DNA of 124,000 bases from Wallemia ichthyophaga EXF-994 (GCF_000400465.1 NW_008806281.1:144001-268000); one strand, 5' to 3'. Positions 89,369-103,750 are shown, counted from the first letter of the stretch. Notes: generated by a model not told the origin, from the letters alone. Numbers and translations are program-made.

Positions 89369-90228
89369 ATGTCCAAGCTTAGCTTAAATTCCATAGTCTC
89401 CAGCCCGAGTGACGACGACGACAAGAAGACGAACAGCAGAAGCTCACAGGATAGTTTGAATGGGTTAGAAAATAACATTTATTTTGATTTCTTTCCTAAT
89501 ATTCTTTATTCCAGCCGCACCCACGCACTCGAGATCATCCAGTCTCCACTACGCTCGGCAGCATTTGGATCTAGCTATTACAGTCGATTACCGCTGTCAC
89601 CGGCGCTAGTAGTAAGATTGGTGGTGAGGAATGCAGAGGGTCATGCTGTTGATATGTGCGTTGGAGTTACACAATCCGCCACTATCTAATCACCCCTATA
89701 GTCACGAGGAGTTGCCCTTCTACGTTTGTCACGCTTCGCTACTCTCAGAAGACGCAGAGTCCCACGTAGACGTCACGCAGCCCACAGAAGACGCAGATAG
89801 CGTTCCTTTGAGAATGTTGTATGGTGCACTCGTCACTACCCCTTACCAGGCACGCGGTGAGGTGGTATTCCCGTTCACAGACCTCGGCGTACGCGTCTGT
89901 GGCATCTATCGACTGAAAATATCCCTCTTCAGATTGGCAAGGTACGCCAGCTTTATTAATTTATACGTCATAATCTCAATCACACAATAGGCCAGGCTCA
90001 GAGATCAGCTCGAGCACTGCTTCCGAGACACTGTCGACTGCGATAACTGATACGTTCGAAATTGTCGAGTTGTGCAAGTATGAGGCTCCAGGTGGGGTGG
90101 ATGTTTGTGGAAATTACCTTTGCTGACAAATTTGCAAATTTGCAAATACAGCCATTACCAACTTGTCTTATGAGCTGCATGCAGCGGGTGTACCAATACA
90201 AATCCCAGACAATCAGCAGACAATCTAA
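89369..90228 (+). CDS. Velvet-domain protein (2)
   Basis: LEIIQ.P.R.AAFG....SRLPL.P..VV.L, FY.C...L, R.LYG.LV, F.F.DL.VR..G.YRL...LF, TD.F, T.LS..L...GV.I. Confidence 0.8.
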
Positions 90229-90729
90229 CGTTGGATAACTTGGGTAGGTTGTCGAAGGCGTCTGATTACCACCACTCCATCCAATCCCAAACGAGTGGAT
90301 GTGTGTGGAAGTGCACCAAGCCAATAAAAATGGCTCATTTAAATCTAGCTAGCTTAACTGTACATTGTGTATTAATACTGAAATTTATTCAAGTCGACCC
90401 CATCTGCTGTAGAGGTACAATGGAATTTTCTTTCTTGAGAAGTTAAGGGGAACTGTAGGCAGAGGTACTCTAGACTATAATAATTGCTCCGATAAACTTT
90501 GTATATGATAAACTTGAAAAAATTCTATTTATAGTTGACGCGCGTTAGGCTTAGTCTCACAAATCAAGTAAACTAAGTTTGTTTATAAAGTCAAGCAAGC
90601 TATGTCTGCAAACGATGCACGTAGGATTTTGTAGTACACGCAACACATTAACGCGGCTACAGTATTACAACCAGGGTGGACAGCAAGGCGGCTATTACCC
90701 GTCAGTTGAAATAAAGATATAAGATCGTC

Positions 90730-91024
90730 ATGACTAACCAACAGCACAGTCCACCACCTCCCCAAGCATACGGTGGACAGGGATACGCACCTCAACAGCC
90801 ATACGGGGGCTATGCACCACAGCAGCCGGTGAGTCAAGTATTTCTAGTTTTGATGTTATAGGTGTCTGAACTCTATACAGATGTACGTTCAACCCCCACC
90901 CCAAGAGAAAGGCGGTGGCGGCGGTGCTGGTAGCAGTGCGTGTTGCGGTTGCTGTGCTTGTCTCGCCGGTATTTGCGCTTGTTGCCTTTGTGAGGATATT
91001 CTCTGTATCGAGGCGCTTTGCTAG
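90730..91024 (+). CDS. CYSTM cysteine-rich membrane-anchored small protein
   Basis: MTNQQHSPPPPQAYGGQGYAPQQPYGGYAPQQP|MYVQPPPQEKGGGG...CCGCCACLAGICACCLCEDILC. PGQY-rich head with a Cys-rich tail. Absent from the ORF track. Confidence 0.85.
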
Positions 91025-91235
91025 GCGGGTGAGTGAGCGCACAACACCACACACATACCAGATATCACATATGAACATTTCTCGTTAGCATTTTAGAAAT
91101 GCACAGATGCAATCATTTATTCATTTAACTCCTTTGTTTCCTTGCTTCCTTTGAGTGATTTGCACGTGCTTGTTGCACCTCTGAGACTCAAGCTTCACGA
91201 TAAAGTCGAAAACGTCATCTTGAGGTACAACAACG

Positions 91236-92647
91236 ATGATTGCACCCGAAGAGAATGGAAATGTTCATGCCGGTGGATACGATGCACACGATACACAAGC
91301 TAAGAGGAAGACGATTGACAACCCGAATACTGCGAACGAAACCGTGAAATCTTTAAAATTGGATAATGACAATGTAAACAATGTAAACAACGCAAACAAA
91401 ATACTCCCACCAACTAATTGGAACTTGGATGTTATAAAGGATCACTATATCCGCTTGGATCCACGTTGGGCTCGCTTGTTTGAAGCTATCCCATGCAAGC
91501 CCTTCGAGCAGGATCTCAAGAAGCCGATAAATCCATTCAGAGTCATCTGCGACTCAATACTAGCTCAGCAAATTTCCTACAAAGCATCCAAGGCGTGGGT
91601 AAAGCAGGGGCAAAGATGACGTCACTAATACTCCCCAGCGTCTGCTACAAATTCGTTAGATACTACTTCCCACACCTTCCCGAAAATCGTGAGGGTGATC
91701 CTGAAGAATTCCCATCTCCAGAACAAGTCGCCAACACAAACGTTTCCAAGCTTCGAGTGGGGAATATCACAATCAACACACATTAAGTTGCTGACGAGTT
91801 GCTTAAACAGGAGATTGGATTCTCCGTAAGAAAGGGAGAGTATGGTGAGTTGAAATAACTCATAAACCTTGCTTATTTAACACACCACAGCCATCGGTCT
91901 CGCAAAGGCTTTCGTGGAGGGTAAACTTACATCCCAAAAACTCGTCGAGGCGTCTGATGAGGAATTGATGAAGATGCTAACCGATATTCGCGGTATTGGT
92001 CCTTGGACAGTTCATGTTGGTGCAGCAATACCCTTTTATTTGACATATCCCCTCACATCTGCATAGATGCTGAGTATATTCATGCTCAGAAGAACAGATA
92101 TTCTACCAACCGCTGATTTGGGTGTGCAAGCTGGGCTTGTGAAACATTTTCTAGGGTCAGAGCTAGAACTGGCGAAAAGGCACAGACAGCTTAAGGTGGA
92201 TGAGGTAGACGAGGAGAGAATTACGAAACCAGATGACAACATAAAAGGTGCACAGCAGTCAGTGGTCAAGCTTACATCTGATAAGGATTTATCGGAGAAT
92301 GTTGAACCTGAATTACCCCCGGCAGCTATTGAAATGGGGTTGAGTGTGAAAGTTCTGCAACAGCGACTGAAGAAGCGATTGAAGTGGGTACTCAACACGT
92401 GAATTGGGTTCATTCATGCCGATGCTTATGCTTTTGCTATATTCAGGGTCGGTTATCTCACGCCGGAGGAATGCGAGGCGCTAACAAGTGAATGGAGACC
92501 ATGTAAGTGTTTATTGGAGAACTATAATGTTACTTACGCGTGTCAATAGATCGAAGCATTGGAGTTTACTGTGAGTCTGAACCACACCAACCAACCCAAC
92601 TAACGCCAGATCCAGATATGTGGCTAGTTAAAGGAGATTCAGCATGA
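91236..92647 (+). CDS. MAG1: DNA-3-methyladenine glycosylase (HhH-GPD), many introns
   Basis: PF..L..SI..QQIS.KA, G.S.RK.EY, L..IRGIG.WT..M..IF.LRR.D.LP..DLG, W.PY.S. Confidence 0.9.
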
Positions 92648-92906
92648 TATGTAGTGTACAAATGAATAAATAATTTGATAAAATTTTAGCTCAAATCGAG
92701 CTTCTTCGTTGAGACCCCCCTGCTTTAGATATATACTCACTGAGATAAAATATATGTGAGTATTATGAATAACGCGTAAATGCGTCTAATTCGTCGCAAG
92801 GTCCACAAAGAAATCTCAACAGCGGCCGTCTATCAAGCATCCTCATGACTACGTCGGCTCACAGCAGATATCATCGCCTATACTACCAACAGGCCAGCGC
92901 AGGTCG

Positions 92907-95183
92907 ATGCATCCCTCAATTGACTTTCGTAATGTTAATCTAGAGACTCAGTTTGGCGAGTACAGGCCAAAGCGCACGGCTCCATCACCGCCATCACATC
93001 CCATAACCAATCAAGCGCAGACGCATTCACAAGCGCACACTCTCAATGACATTGACTTGGGGCCACCGCTATCAACGTCTTTCACCACTCTCCCTTCCAG
93101 CGCCAGCAACAGCTTCTCACCTTGCACCGAACCTTCTTCTTCTCCCTCCACCCACGATACCGAGCAACAAACATCAAAACCTATGTCCAATTCCCTGTCC
93201 CCCCCACCGCTCGTTCATCAGAACAGCAGCCCTGTTGCTCTTATGGACAAGAGCAATCACGTCCACGAGGTGCACTCGAACACTCCCCCACAATCCCCTC
93301 AAAGACCTCCTGTCTTGCAGCGCTCAGCTACTGTTTCTGGCAATGTAAAAACCAGAGACACCTTCGATAAGGACAAGAAACGAGGCGTCTTCTCCGGTTT
93401 CGCCTCTTCGCTTTCTGATTTACTTCAGTTGCAAAAAAAGCCAGAAATCTCAACTCCTTACGATCCTGTACATTTGACGCACGTTGGTTTCAATTCTGAC
93501 ACTGGAGAATTCACTGGCTTGCCTAAAGAGTGGCAGCAGCTCTTACAGGACTCTGGTATTTCCAAGCAAGACCAAGAAGCTAACCCGCAAGCTGTTATGG
93601 ACATTGTCGCCTTTTATCAAGACGCTCAGAATGCTCAATACGGCGTTGACAATCAAGTATGGAAAAAGATGGGTGGTGTTCCTAATGGCCCTCCTAACCC
93701 TAAGGACAAAACGTGGATAGCCAGACCTGCTCCCCCACCTCCGGGTCCTCCAGCCAGGTATGGCAATACGCGCGCAGCTCCACCACCACCGCCACCTATG
93801 AATAAAAGTGTTTCGAATCCTGGCTCAGTTAGAGGTGAGACAGGTAAGGGTGAAGCTCCTAGACCTGCACCACCCCCACCTCGTCCAACGCCACCTCCAC
93901 AACTTGATAGGTCAGTCTCGCACCGTATCCCACCAAACCCTACTTCGGCGTCACAGACTCTCGAGAGAGCTAAATCTCATCAGACGAAGCCAGCTGTTGT
94001 ACCAAACATGACTTCATCGTCAACGCCATACAGTCGTGCACCTCCACCTCTGCACAACCCACAAGCATTGGGTAAACAACCCTCTGCAGCTTCTGCCGCA
94101 CTCACCAGAGCTGCGGAAAAGACCAACAAGGCTATACCACAAATACCAGGCTCATTGCAGCCCCATCAAACACAAGGTCATCCTAATCATGGTCCAGGTC
94201 CAGTACCTCGCAGAAGAGAGAATAACGGATCAAATAAACAGTCAGAGGCTGAAATTATACAAAAATTACAATCAATTTGCACAGACGCAGATCCTACAAA
94301 ACTTTACAAGAATCTTTTAAAGATTGGTCAAGGTGCTAGTGGAGGTGTGTACACTGCTTACCAATCTGGAACTAATCTCTCCGTTGCTATTAAACAAATG
94401 AATCTCGAGCAGCAGCCAAAGAAAGATCTCATTATTAATGAAATTATAGTAATGAAATCATCTCGACATGTGAACATTGTCAACTATATCGACAGTTTCC
94501 TCTTCAAAGGAGATTTATGGGTGATAATGGAGTATATGGAAGGTGGTTCACTGACGGATGTTGTGACGTGTAATATCATGACAGAAGGACAGATTGCGGC
94601 TGTGTCAAGAGAAATTTTGGAAGGATTGAGACACTTGCATGAACATGGGGTGATTCACAGGGACATAAAATCAGACAATATTTTGCTATCTATGCAGGGA
94701 GATGTTAAGCTGACAGACTTTGGTTTCTGTGCGAGGATTGGGGAGAATGCATCCCATGCCAAGAGAACAACAATGGTTGGAACACCTTACTGGATGGCGC
94801 CGGAGGTGGTGACGCGTAAAGAATATGGGAGTAAGGTCGATGTGTGGTCGCTTGGTATACTTGCGATTGAAATGATTGAAGGAGAGCCACCATACCTGAA
94901 TGAGAATCCTCTTAGAGTGGGTGAAATTGGATAAAATTTACAAGTCAACTCACATACATTTCAGGCCCTCTACTTGATTGCAACTAACGGAACACCAAAA
95001 ATACAAAGCCCAGAGAATTTATCACCAGTGTTTAGAGACTTCCTTGCTCGCTGTCTGGAAGTAGATTACGAGAGGAGAATGAATGCATTCGATATGCTCA
95101 GACATCCATTCTTGAAGATGGCTGAACCATTAAGAACTCTAGGACCATTGATAAAGGCGGCAAGGGAGCAATCGAAGAAGTAA
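92907..95183 (+). CDS. STE20: PAK kinase (CRIB, no PH domain)
   Basis: [15 protein letters not shown]...[49 protein letters not shown]-beta-binding tail. The real start may be a short exon near 92765. Confidence 0.95.
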
Positions 95184-95551
95184 TGATAGTAAACACGGAC
95201 ATTATATCAAACCATTTCAACTAACGATAGTAGTACGTTTAACTGCGTATAATACTTTTCAACAATTTTTCAACAATTTTTCTAATTACAGCTGTACTTT
95301 TTAACTTGCTGCTCGCGGCAAGATACATACCAATTGCTCCAATATTCAAGACAAATGATCAAAACATTGAATTATTTCATATTTATTGTTATTTTGTTAA
95401 TAAAATTCATGTTACGATGCATTCTTTTAGAGTGTCTGGGATCTCCTAGAGGTGGAGTGGGGTGGTAAACAAAGACAGTATTCAAAGACAAGAAAACAGC
95501 GCGTCAAATTTATGAAACGTTCAATGTATTATGATGATAGAGAAATTCAAA

Positions 95552-96100
95552 TCAACCCGATTTGAAGATTAAGAAAGCCATTGAGGTTCCCATGTAGAAA
95601 TATATCTATTGAGTTTGTCAGTTGATTTTATTTAAAGAATTGAATAATAAACTAACAAAATGATTAGTTTCTATTGAAGTAATGAATATACACGTTAGAT
95701 TGGAATGAATATTCACTCACCGTGCGTAACGAATGATCCAAATGATTTACCAACGACGACGTGCCAAGTTGCGCCATGAACTCTATCGAACTCCTTTTTT
95801 ATGAAGCTCGCAATATCTTTTTCAATATTGTACTTTTCTAAAGCATTTGAGCTGTATAAGTGAGATTTGAATGTTTAAGCTAGGGGCAAGAAACCCACGT
95901 GATATCAATAGCAGATTGTTGTAATTCTTGTGACATATCAACATTCTATGAATCAATATTAACGTTTACATCAATCAATAAGGGTATTTGACTCACTTTG
96001 ATAACAGCTTTTGGAATCTTTGCTTTGTCTTCTTTGTTGGGAGCACCAGTCCTAAGAAACTAAGTCAGTGCTTGTACATCTAGATATCTTATAAATACAT
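95552..96100 (-). CDS. DYN2: Dynein light chain LC8, seven exons
   Basis: AT|[19 protein letters not shown]|[16 protein letters not shown]|[43 protein letters not shown]|ETNHF|[17 protein letters not shown]. Absent from the ORF track. Confidence 0.95.
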
Positions 96101-96477
96101 TTTCAATTTTACAAGTTGACGATCCTGGTTAAAGAATAGCCTTGCTACTAACGTCCAACACATTCCAGTGAAATTACTCAAAATAATGAATGATTGTGGG
96201 TAATTTAAAGTCTAGAGCACTAACCAATCTAACGCTCAATCTCAGCTGATGTAAATCATCAAGTTTCTATCCTGAAAGCTCTACGTAGACGATCACTATC
96301 GCAAGGCCAGCGTACTGCAATTGATCCTGATCTACCACCGACCAAACAAGAAATTCAAAATGATAAAGCTTTGAATCAATATGTGAGTCGTGTTTATCTT
96401 GATATTGAGTACCTCTCTTAGCCCCTTTTCCTAGTGGGTCCCTGCTTCTGCTCACCCAGAGACTACCACCCATCCAA

Positions 96478-99400
96478 ATGAATTCAATCATTACGTTTCC
96501 AATCACTCTCCTACACCATCAAACTCAGGCTCTCTTAGCAGGATTAGATCCTCCAGCTCTCATGGCTCTTCACTCTCCCGTAGAAAGTCAAAGCTATCAA
96601 GACAATACACTCCAACTGAGGATGACGGCGTTGGCGATAATGATTTCATATCCCCATCCTCCTCCAAGCCAAGTTCTCTTAATTTGGTTCGTTTTCATCT
96701 CCTAATGACGCGTAAACACTTACACATTCCAGCTCCAATCTCTCACAGAAGAGACTTCAAATGAAATGTCTCAATCAAATGATGAGAATTATCATGTTAA
96801 AAATGATAATTATACTTCTAAACCCAAAAAACTCAAAAATGGCTCAAGAGTTGCGGTACCGTCATATCAAATTGATTCCGAAATTTTCTCATCGGACCAT
96901 AGACCACCACCACGCCTCGACTTGTCCTTCAACCATAGCCTTCTTGATCATCCTATCAAGGATGATAGACCTCTATCCACTCTCACGAATGATATCTTTG
97001 ACGCCTATGCTATGGGTAATGAACGTGGCTCATTCAGTTCTGTCTCTTCTGCTATTTCTTCAGAGAATACTCACCCTTTCGAACACGACTTACGACTTGA
97101 CCAATCTCATTCTCACGATAGTTATACTCACGATAATCAGATTCACGACACTCAATTACACACCGAAGATGATGATGCCCAGACCATTCATGGCTCTCCA
97201 AATCAAAACAAGCAAGATACTCTCAAGATTGTCAATACCAATGTTTCACCTTCAAAGAGTTCTCTGAATACTCCAAACACTCTCAGGAACAACTCTATAT
97301 CCTCCACTGAAGACACAAACGAGTCTAATGAATCCACATCAGAAGAGATATCAGAGTCAGTTGAAACGGGTGAAAGTTACGAAACGATATCCAGTGAACA
97401 CGTTGACAATGCCTACATGGTAACAAAGTCTTTGAAAAACAGGGTTCAACCACCGACACCAATACCAAGCGAAATACCCCCACCAACTTCAAATCCAATG
97501 AAGATGTCGATGGATCTCTCAGTAGGCTCGCTTATACCGGAATTTCCCGCACAGACTAGACATACCAATATCAATAATATCAATACTAACATAAAAAAGA
97601 TTGATAGTGTGAACAGCTTTCCAAATGTTGACCAAATGCTATTCGAACCTTCGAGACCTGCTCCTGAACCTCCAACTCCAATAATCTTTTCTGATCTTCC
97701 TTCTCGGAACAACCCATCTCCTACACCTTCAACTGGCTCGTCTACCTCAAAGAAGAAGGGATGGAATTGGCTCAAAGAGAAGGAAAGAGCTAGGAATGAA
97801 CGTGCACTGAAAATGAAAGAACTCAAAGATGCCAAAGTTAGAGAAAAGCTTGAGTTAAAGGAGAAGGAGAAGCGTGAACGAGAAGAACGTCTAGCACGTG
97901 AGAAGGAGAAACGTCGTGAGATGGAAGAGAAAGAAAAGGCTAAAGCTAAATCTAAGAGTGACATGAAAGTGCGCGAGCGTGAAAAAAGAGATAAAGAGAA
98001 AAAGGAGCGTGAGTTGAAGAAGGAGAATGACTTAAAGGTCGCTCGCGAGGAAAAAGAGAAGAAGGAGCGTGAGGAGAAAGAGAAAAAAGACCGAGAAGAA
98101 AAAGAGCGGAAGGAGCGGGAACTTCAGAAGAAAGAGCGCGAAGAAAACGAAAAGAGGGAGCGTGAATCTGCCAAGAAGGAGCGTGAAGATCGTGAAAAGA
98201 ACGAGCGCGAGGAGAAAGAAGCCAAAATGAAAGAAGAGCGCGAAGCCAAGGAAGCCAAACTCAAAAGCGATCGTGAGGAAAAGGAATCTAAAGCTAGAGA
98301 GGCGCGCGAGGCTGAGGAGAGTAAACTTCAACGCGATCGTCAAGAACAAGAAGCTCGAGAAGCCGAATCTGAAGCCAAAGCCAAGGCTGAAAGAGAGGAT
98401 AGAGAAATCCAGATGAAAGCTGAGCGCGAGGAGATGGAACAACGAAAAATGAAGGAGCGCGAAGAAGAGCAAAGTAAGCTCAAAAAAGAACTGGAAGAGT
98501 TGGAGGAAAAGCTCAAGAAGGAGCAAGAAGAGAAGGAGGAAGAGGAGAGACTCATGAAGGAACGTTTAGAGCAAGAGGAGATTATAAAGAAGGAGCGTGA
98601 AGCTGAAGCCAAACTCAGACAAGAACTTGAAGAGCAAGAAAATGCTCTGAAGAGAGAGATCGAAGAGAGAGAACAGCGTGAGGAAGAACTTCACCGACAG
98701 CTTGAAGAAGAGGGGCAGCTCGAGAGAGAGCGTGAAGAAGAGCAGCTTCAAAAAGAACGTGAAGAGGCTGAACTCGAACTCCAAAGAGAGCGTGAGAAGG
98801 AGGAGCGTCTTAAAGAGCTTGCAGAAGCTGAGCTTGATAATCAGAGAGAGCTTGAAGAGAAGCAGCTTCAGAAAGAACTCGCTGATGCTGAGATCGAGCT
98901 CCAGAAAGCACGTGAGGAGGAAGAAGAAAATGCAAAAAAGGAGCGCGATGAGACCAAGAAAGTGGAGAGTGATAAACAGAAGAAAGAGTCCGAAAAGAAG
99001 CCCAAAGAGAAAAGACTTAAACCATCCTTCAAGCTTAAGAAATCTGATTCCGCAGCGTCATCTAAGTCAAGCAAAGAGGCAGCAAAGCAGGCAACCAAGG
99101 CCAAAGAGCAGGAGCGCGCTCGGGACAAGGAAGCGGCCAAGGAACGCAAAGAGGCAGCAAAGATTGCCGCAGCTCAGTCACGTGAAGCTGCTAAGAATAC
99201 TCAATCATCTCATATAGGATTCGTTGGCACTTTGTTCGGATCAAAGAAGAAGAGCAGCAGCAGTCTGAAGTCTAATTCTACTAAATCCTCAACAAGTGAT
99301 CAGCCAAAAGAGAAAAAGAAGAAAGACAAGGGTAAGAAGGAGAAGAAAGCCAATGATTCGGAACAAAAGCCTCAAGCACCGGCTAACATGTTTGACTATC

Positions 99401-101839
99401 GCTATCCTATCCAAATCGAACGTGCTATTTACAGATTGTGAGTCAGATATTAAATGTAAGGAAATGCTAACGAATAGCGCCTCAGGAGTCACCTCAAGCT
99501 CGCTAATCCACGCCGGTCACTTTACGAGCAAGTATTAATTAGCAACTTCATGTTCTGGTATTTATCAATAGTGAATCACCAGAATCAGAGGCAGGTTGAA
99601 GCTAGACACAGACAAGATGACCAGATTGAGGTGCACAGACAGGAGGAGTTTGTCGAGAATGCGGACCAAAACAGCTTTGTAAATTACGAAGCTTCGAGTG
99701 TGTTGACATCTTCACCTACACCTCAAAACTCGCCGACGCATCCATCCGTACCGGACTCACCTCCAACTCCAGCTTTGTCAGGCGAAATTCCCCTTCCTCA
99801 CGAGGAGCATGGAGAGGAATCTGAAGAGAAACATCCTTTGGCTCTCAATGAAGGTAGCGAGGAAGATTTAACGGAGGAGACACTGTCATCACTTACGAGT
99901 GATATAATACAAGAAATAGAAATTGGTGAGCCAGTTTTACCTGCTCAAGCAACCATGAAGGGACCGGAACGAGCTACAACTACTGCAAAAGCACCATCGC
100001 CATCACCTTCTCCACCTGAGATTCTACCTGAAGATGTACAAGAAGTTATCGCACCACCTGAATCGGTGTCTTCAGGTTCACCTTCACCCCCGATGGCACT
100101 TGATTCACCTATTGAGCTGGAAGAGGCGCGTATGTCACCATTAGCATCGTTTGAAGATCAGATCCAAAGACCAAGTGATCCACCAGTCGAGCGTCAAGAA
100201 GAGATGCAAAAGGAGCAGAAGCAAAAGCAAAAGCAGAGGGAGTCAGTAATAGCTGAGCCTCCTGTATCTTTACCTGTAATGACACAACCAGCGCGTCCAG
100301 AGACACCTCCTCAGCAACCACCTTCACCAGTTACAATACCAGCATCACCAGCTCAGCCACACCATGCACCAGCTCAACCATCGCGACCACCATCAACTGC
100401 ACGACAATTATTGAATATTGTGACACAGCAGCCTTCAAGATCACCATCACCGGGACCATCACCCTCATCTGTACCTGCACCCGTTTCATCACCTGTAGCC
100501 TCACCGGGACCATCACCACTTACGCAGAACAATCAACAGAGAAGCGCATCTCCAACACCAAAGAGAAACAGACTTACAAAGATGGTAAGCACAGGTAGCT
100601 TTAGAGGGGAGATTGGTATGAAGCAACCATCGTACGAAGATCCGTACAAAATGTTGGATAAGCCGAAGCAATCGCCGCATTCATTGACGTACTCTTCGCC
100701 AACGCAGTCGCAGTCACAGACAGTGATGCAACCATCTTCACCTAGACAGCAGTTTCCAGGAATGATACAGCAACCATCACCTAGACAGCAGTCTCCAGGT
100801 ATAATACATCAACCATCTTCACCTAGACAGCAATCTCCAGGTATGTTGCAGTTACCATCACCAAGGCAGCAGTCTCCAGGTATGATGCATCAACCTGCAA
100901 GACAACAGTCGCCAGTAATGATGTACCAACATCCAAGACAACAGTCGCCAGTAATGATGCACCAACCTCCACGACAACAATCACCAGTTATGATGCATCA
101001 ACCTCCAATACAACAATCATCATACATATTACAACAACCACCAAGACAACAAGGGTCACCGATAATGCGTACACCATCGCCTGCCCAAATGCAAGAATAC
101101 CAACAAGCGCAATTCGAACAACAACAAGCACCTGGAGGATCACAAATGTACGGACCATCACCATCACCACCACCAGTGCCATCACATTCACCTAGTCCAA
101201 TGCAACAAACGCAACAACAGAATCAAGGATTTGGGATGCATGGATGGGGAGTGTATCAACAGAATTCGCAGCATCATCAGCAATTAATGAAACAGCAGGC
101301 GTATATGCATCAACAGCAAGTACAACAACAGCAACAACAACAGGAGTTGCAGCAGCAAAGGTATATAAATGCGATGGCTATACAGGAAGTACGTCGTGGG
101401 TCGTGGTCGCCTGGGTCACAGATGCAACAACAACAACAGCAGTACCAACAACAACAACAGTACCAACAGCAGCATTATAGTGTGAGTGTGGAATTGGTGT
101501 GTAGTAGAAGAAAGCTAACTGAATTTGAAACAGCAGCAGCAGCCACCACCACCACAACAACCACAACATCAACATTACCAACAGCAACAACCACACCAAA
101601 ACTCACAAGACTCACAGCAACGTTCACATAAATCCAAGTACTTACCATCGCGTTCAAGTTCAGCTTCAAATGTACCAACGCAGAATAATGTTGGACGTCG
101701 ACCAAGTTTACCACATCTACAAACGTTGGGAGTAGATGAGAGAATAACGGCAAGTTCAGCACCTAGTTCACCGGCATCAACGGGGTTTGTAATTGAAGAC
101801 GCCCCGACTTTACCAGCGATGACATATGAGAATTTGTAA
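96478..101839 (+). CDS. ZDS1: Zds1-like PP2A-Cdc55 regulator with long charged coiled coil and P/Q-rich tail
   Basis: RYPIQIERAIYRL|SHLKLANPRRSLYEQVLISNFMFWYLSIVN is the Zds_C domain, split by an intron near 99438-99485. Confidence 0.85.
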
Positions 101840-101889
101840 CTTTTTATCAAGGTGTCTTAATTTCATCATGGCATGAGTTGTGCTCGTTA

Positions 101890-103750
101890 GACGGTCATCA
101901 GATATGTTTTGATTGATAGATTAGAGCTACTACGATGATATAGCGCGCACGAATGGCGGTCGTACAGACACAGGTGTTGATTATCGCGTTGTGAGCGAAG
102001 TGGCTGAGTAAGTCCACAGTGGGCAGTAGCCATACGAGCGGAAGGCTTACAGATACGGCCGTTGCTATCGTGGATGCCCCTTCCGAAAATACCATTCGAT
102101 GAGAATTTCGGTAAAATGATCTTCTCGTTGGCAGATCTGGCAATTGGAGTAAATGTAGATATAATTTCAGCTGAGACTGCGGGTGGCGGCAAAAGAGACC
102201 ATCTATTTCACCTCCTGTAGAAACCCAACCCGGTCGTTATTTTCTTCTCCACTAGAGGCACACCGGAGTCCCTCATGGGCGTGCTTGTCATGTCTACTCT
102301 CGATTTGCTCCTGCACGAACAGTACACGCTCAGCTTATTATAAATGGCGCTTAGCGTGCATTAACAGAATACTCTTTCAACTAGGTACCTTCGATACTCG
102401 CTCATTTTTGGTCGAAGCGGATAGCCTCTTTTTCGGTCATCAGCGTGGTCGTCTTTGCAGCTGTGAATGTGTCCATGTAAGGAAATGGTTGTAGACCGGG
102501 TGGTCATACGAGGTATCAAACTCACACTCACGCTCCCTCTAGATACGGCATGGAAGTTGTGCAATCGACATATCTACACCACCACGTGGGGAGGAAGGGC
102601 CATCGATACATCTTCACGGTCTATTTGTACCCTACCTACCTCAGCTACGACGTGCCAACCAGACACACTCACTCTTCTCCAATTCTGTACTCTCGATCGT
102701 GCCGCAACTAATCCTATCGCATAGATTGGGTTTTTGTAGAGCAAAGCGATTCTCTCACTCGCCTGCTTTTCGCAGAATATGCGTTTTACACTTTAAATAG
102801 GGTGCGTTCATCGCAGGAGCAACGCATCAACGCATAATCACAAACCTCACTCCTAATAGTATTTCCTCTGGTACATCTAGCTCTTGCCTGTCGATCTGTC
102901 GTCTTTGAATCTCTTTACTAAGCAGAAATTGAGAATCACAGTATGTTGACTTGCTCCACTGGCTCATTGGCTGTCTATCGCATACGGGTTGGAGCTCGTC
103001 TGCCAGCGTCTGTTTAGACCCCTTTGGATGGCAAGTCTGCTCTTGTTTGCTAGCAACACTTATATACCTGCAACATTCATCGGAAACACACTCACACGCG
103101 CACACAAATACCAAATTCAAGCAAGCAAAATAATGTCTTACTATGCAGAATTCGATTGTTTGACAATGCTCATCTTTCAAAGATTGATGTTTACATTGAG
103201 TGTCTTGTTTTGTTGCGTTGTGTTCAATTCGATAGCTAGAAGTGTGAAGTGTGAAATACAAACTGTATAGAGGTTGTCCTGGAAAAAGCCTGATAAAGTT
103301 TAAATTGTCCATCTTGAGAGCCAACAGCATGTGCAGGAGTGTTGATATTGAAGAAGGTAATCACAACGCGTGAAGCTCCATCGGCACGTTCAGCGTTGTG
103401 GTTGCGGATTTCCCTCTGGTACCTTCTCTTGTGCTTTGTCAAATCATGATTCTGCGTAAAGTGCATCGCAGATATCGCATTTTTAAGGCTTCTCCGCTGG
103501 AAGAGTGTGATGAGGTTTTGGATGTTTGTTAGGCTTGCGAGGTTTTGGCTTTCTGAGCTGGAGTGGGGTAGGATGGTTCAACTCGACGTCTGGCTGGTGA
103601 CGGTCCAAGCCTGTACCTGTATTATAATTGACGATTGGAGATGCGTCTCCAGTTCCCGATAATTGCCTTATACCGCGTTTTAATCCCTCCTGGTCGTAAA
103701 AAATGGGCCTAAACGTGGGATTATCGCACAGCACTGATTGAGATGCTTAT
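101890..103750 (-). pseudogene. Decayed C2H2 zinc-finger transcription factor (possibly Adr1/AmdX-like)
   Basis: HHTLPAEKP*KCDICD-(frameshift)-HFTQNHDLTKHKRRY: in-frame TAA at 103483-103485, 2-nt loss inside the finger, final His changed to Tyr. Downstream frames are fragmented. Confidence 0.55.

Noticed and set aside
97750-99200. Repetitive GAA/AAG-rich tract as a minisatellite or mobile element
   Set aside because: It is the K/E/R coiled-coil coding region of ZDS1, in frame throughout.
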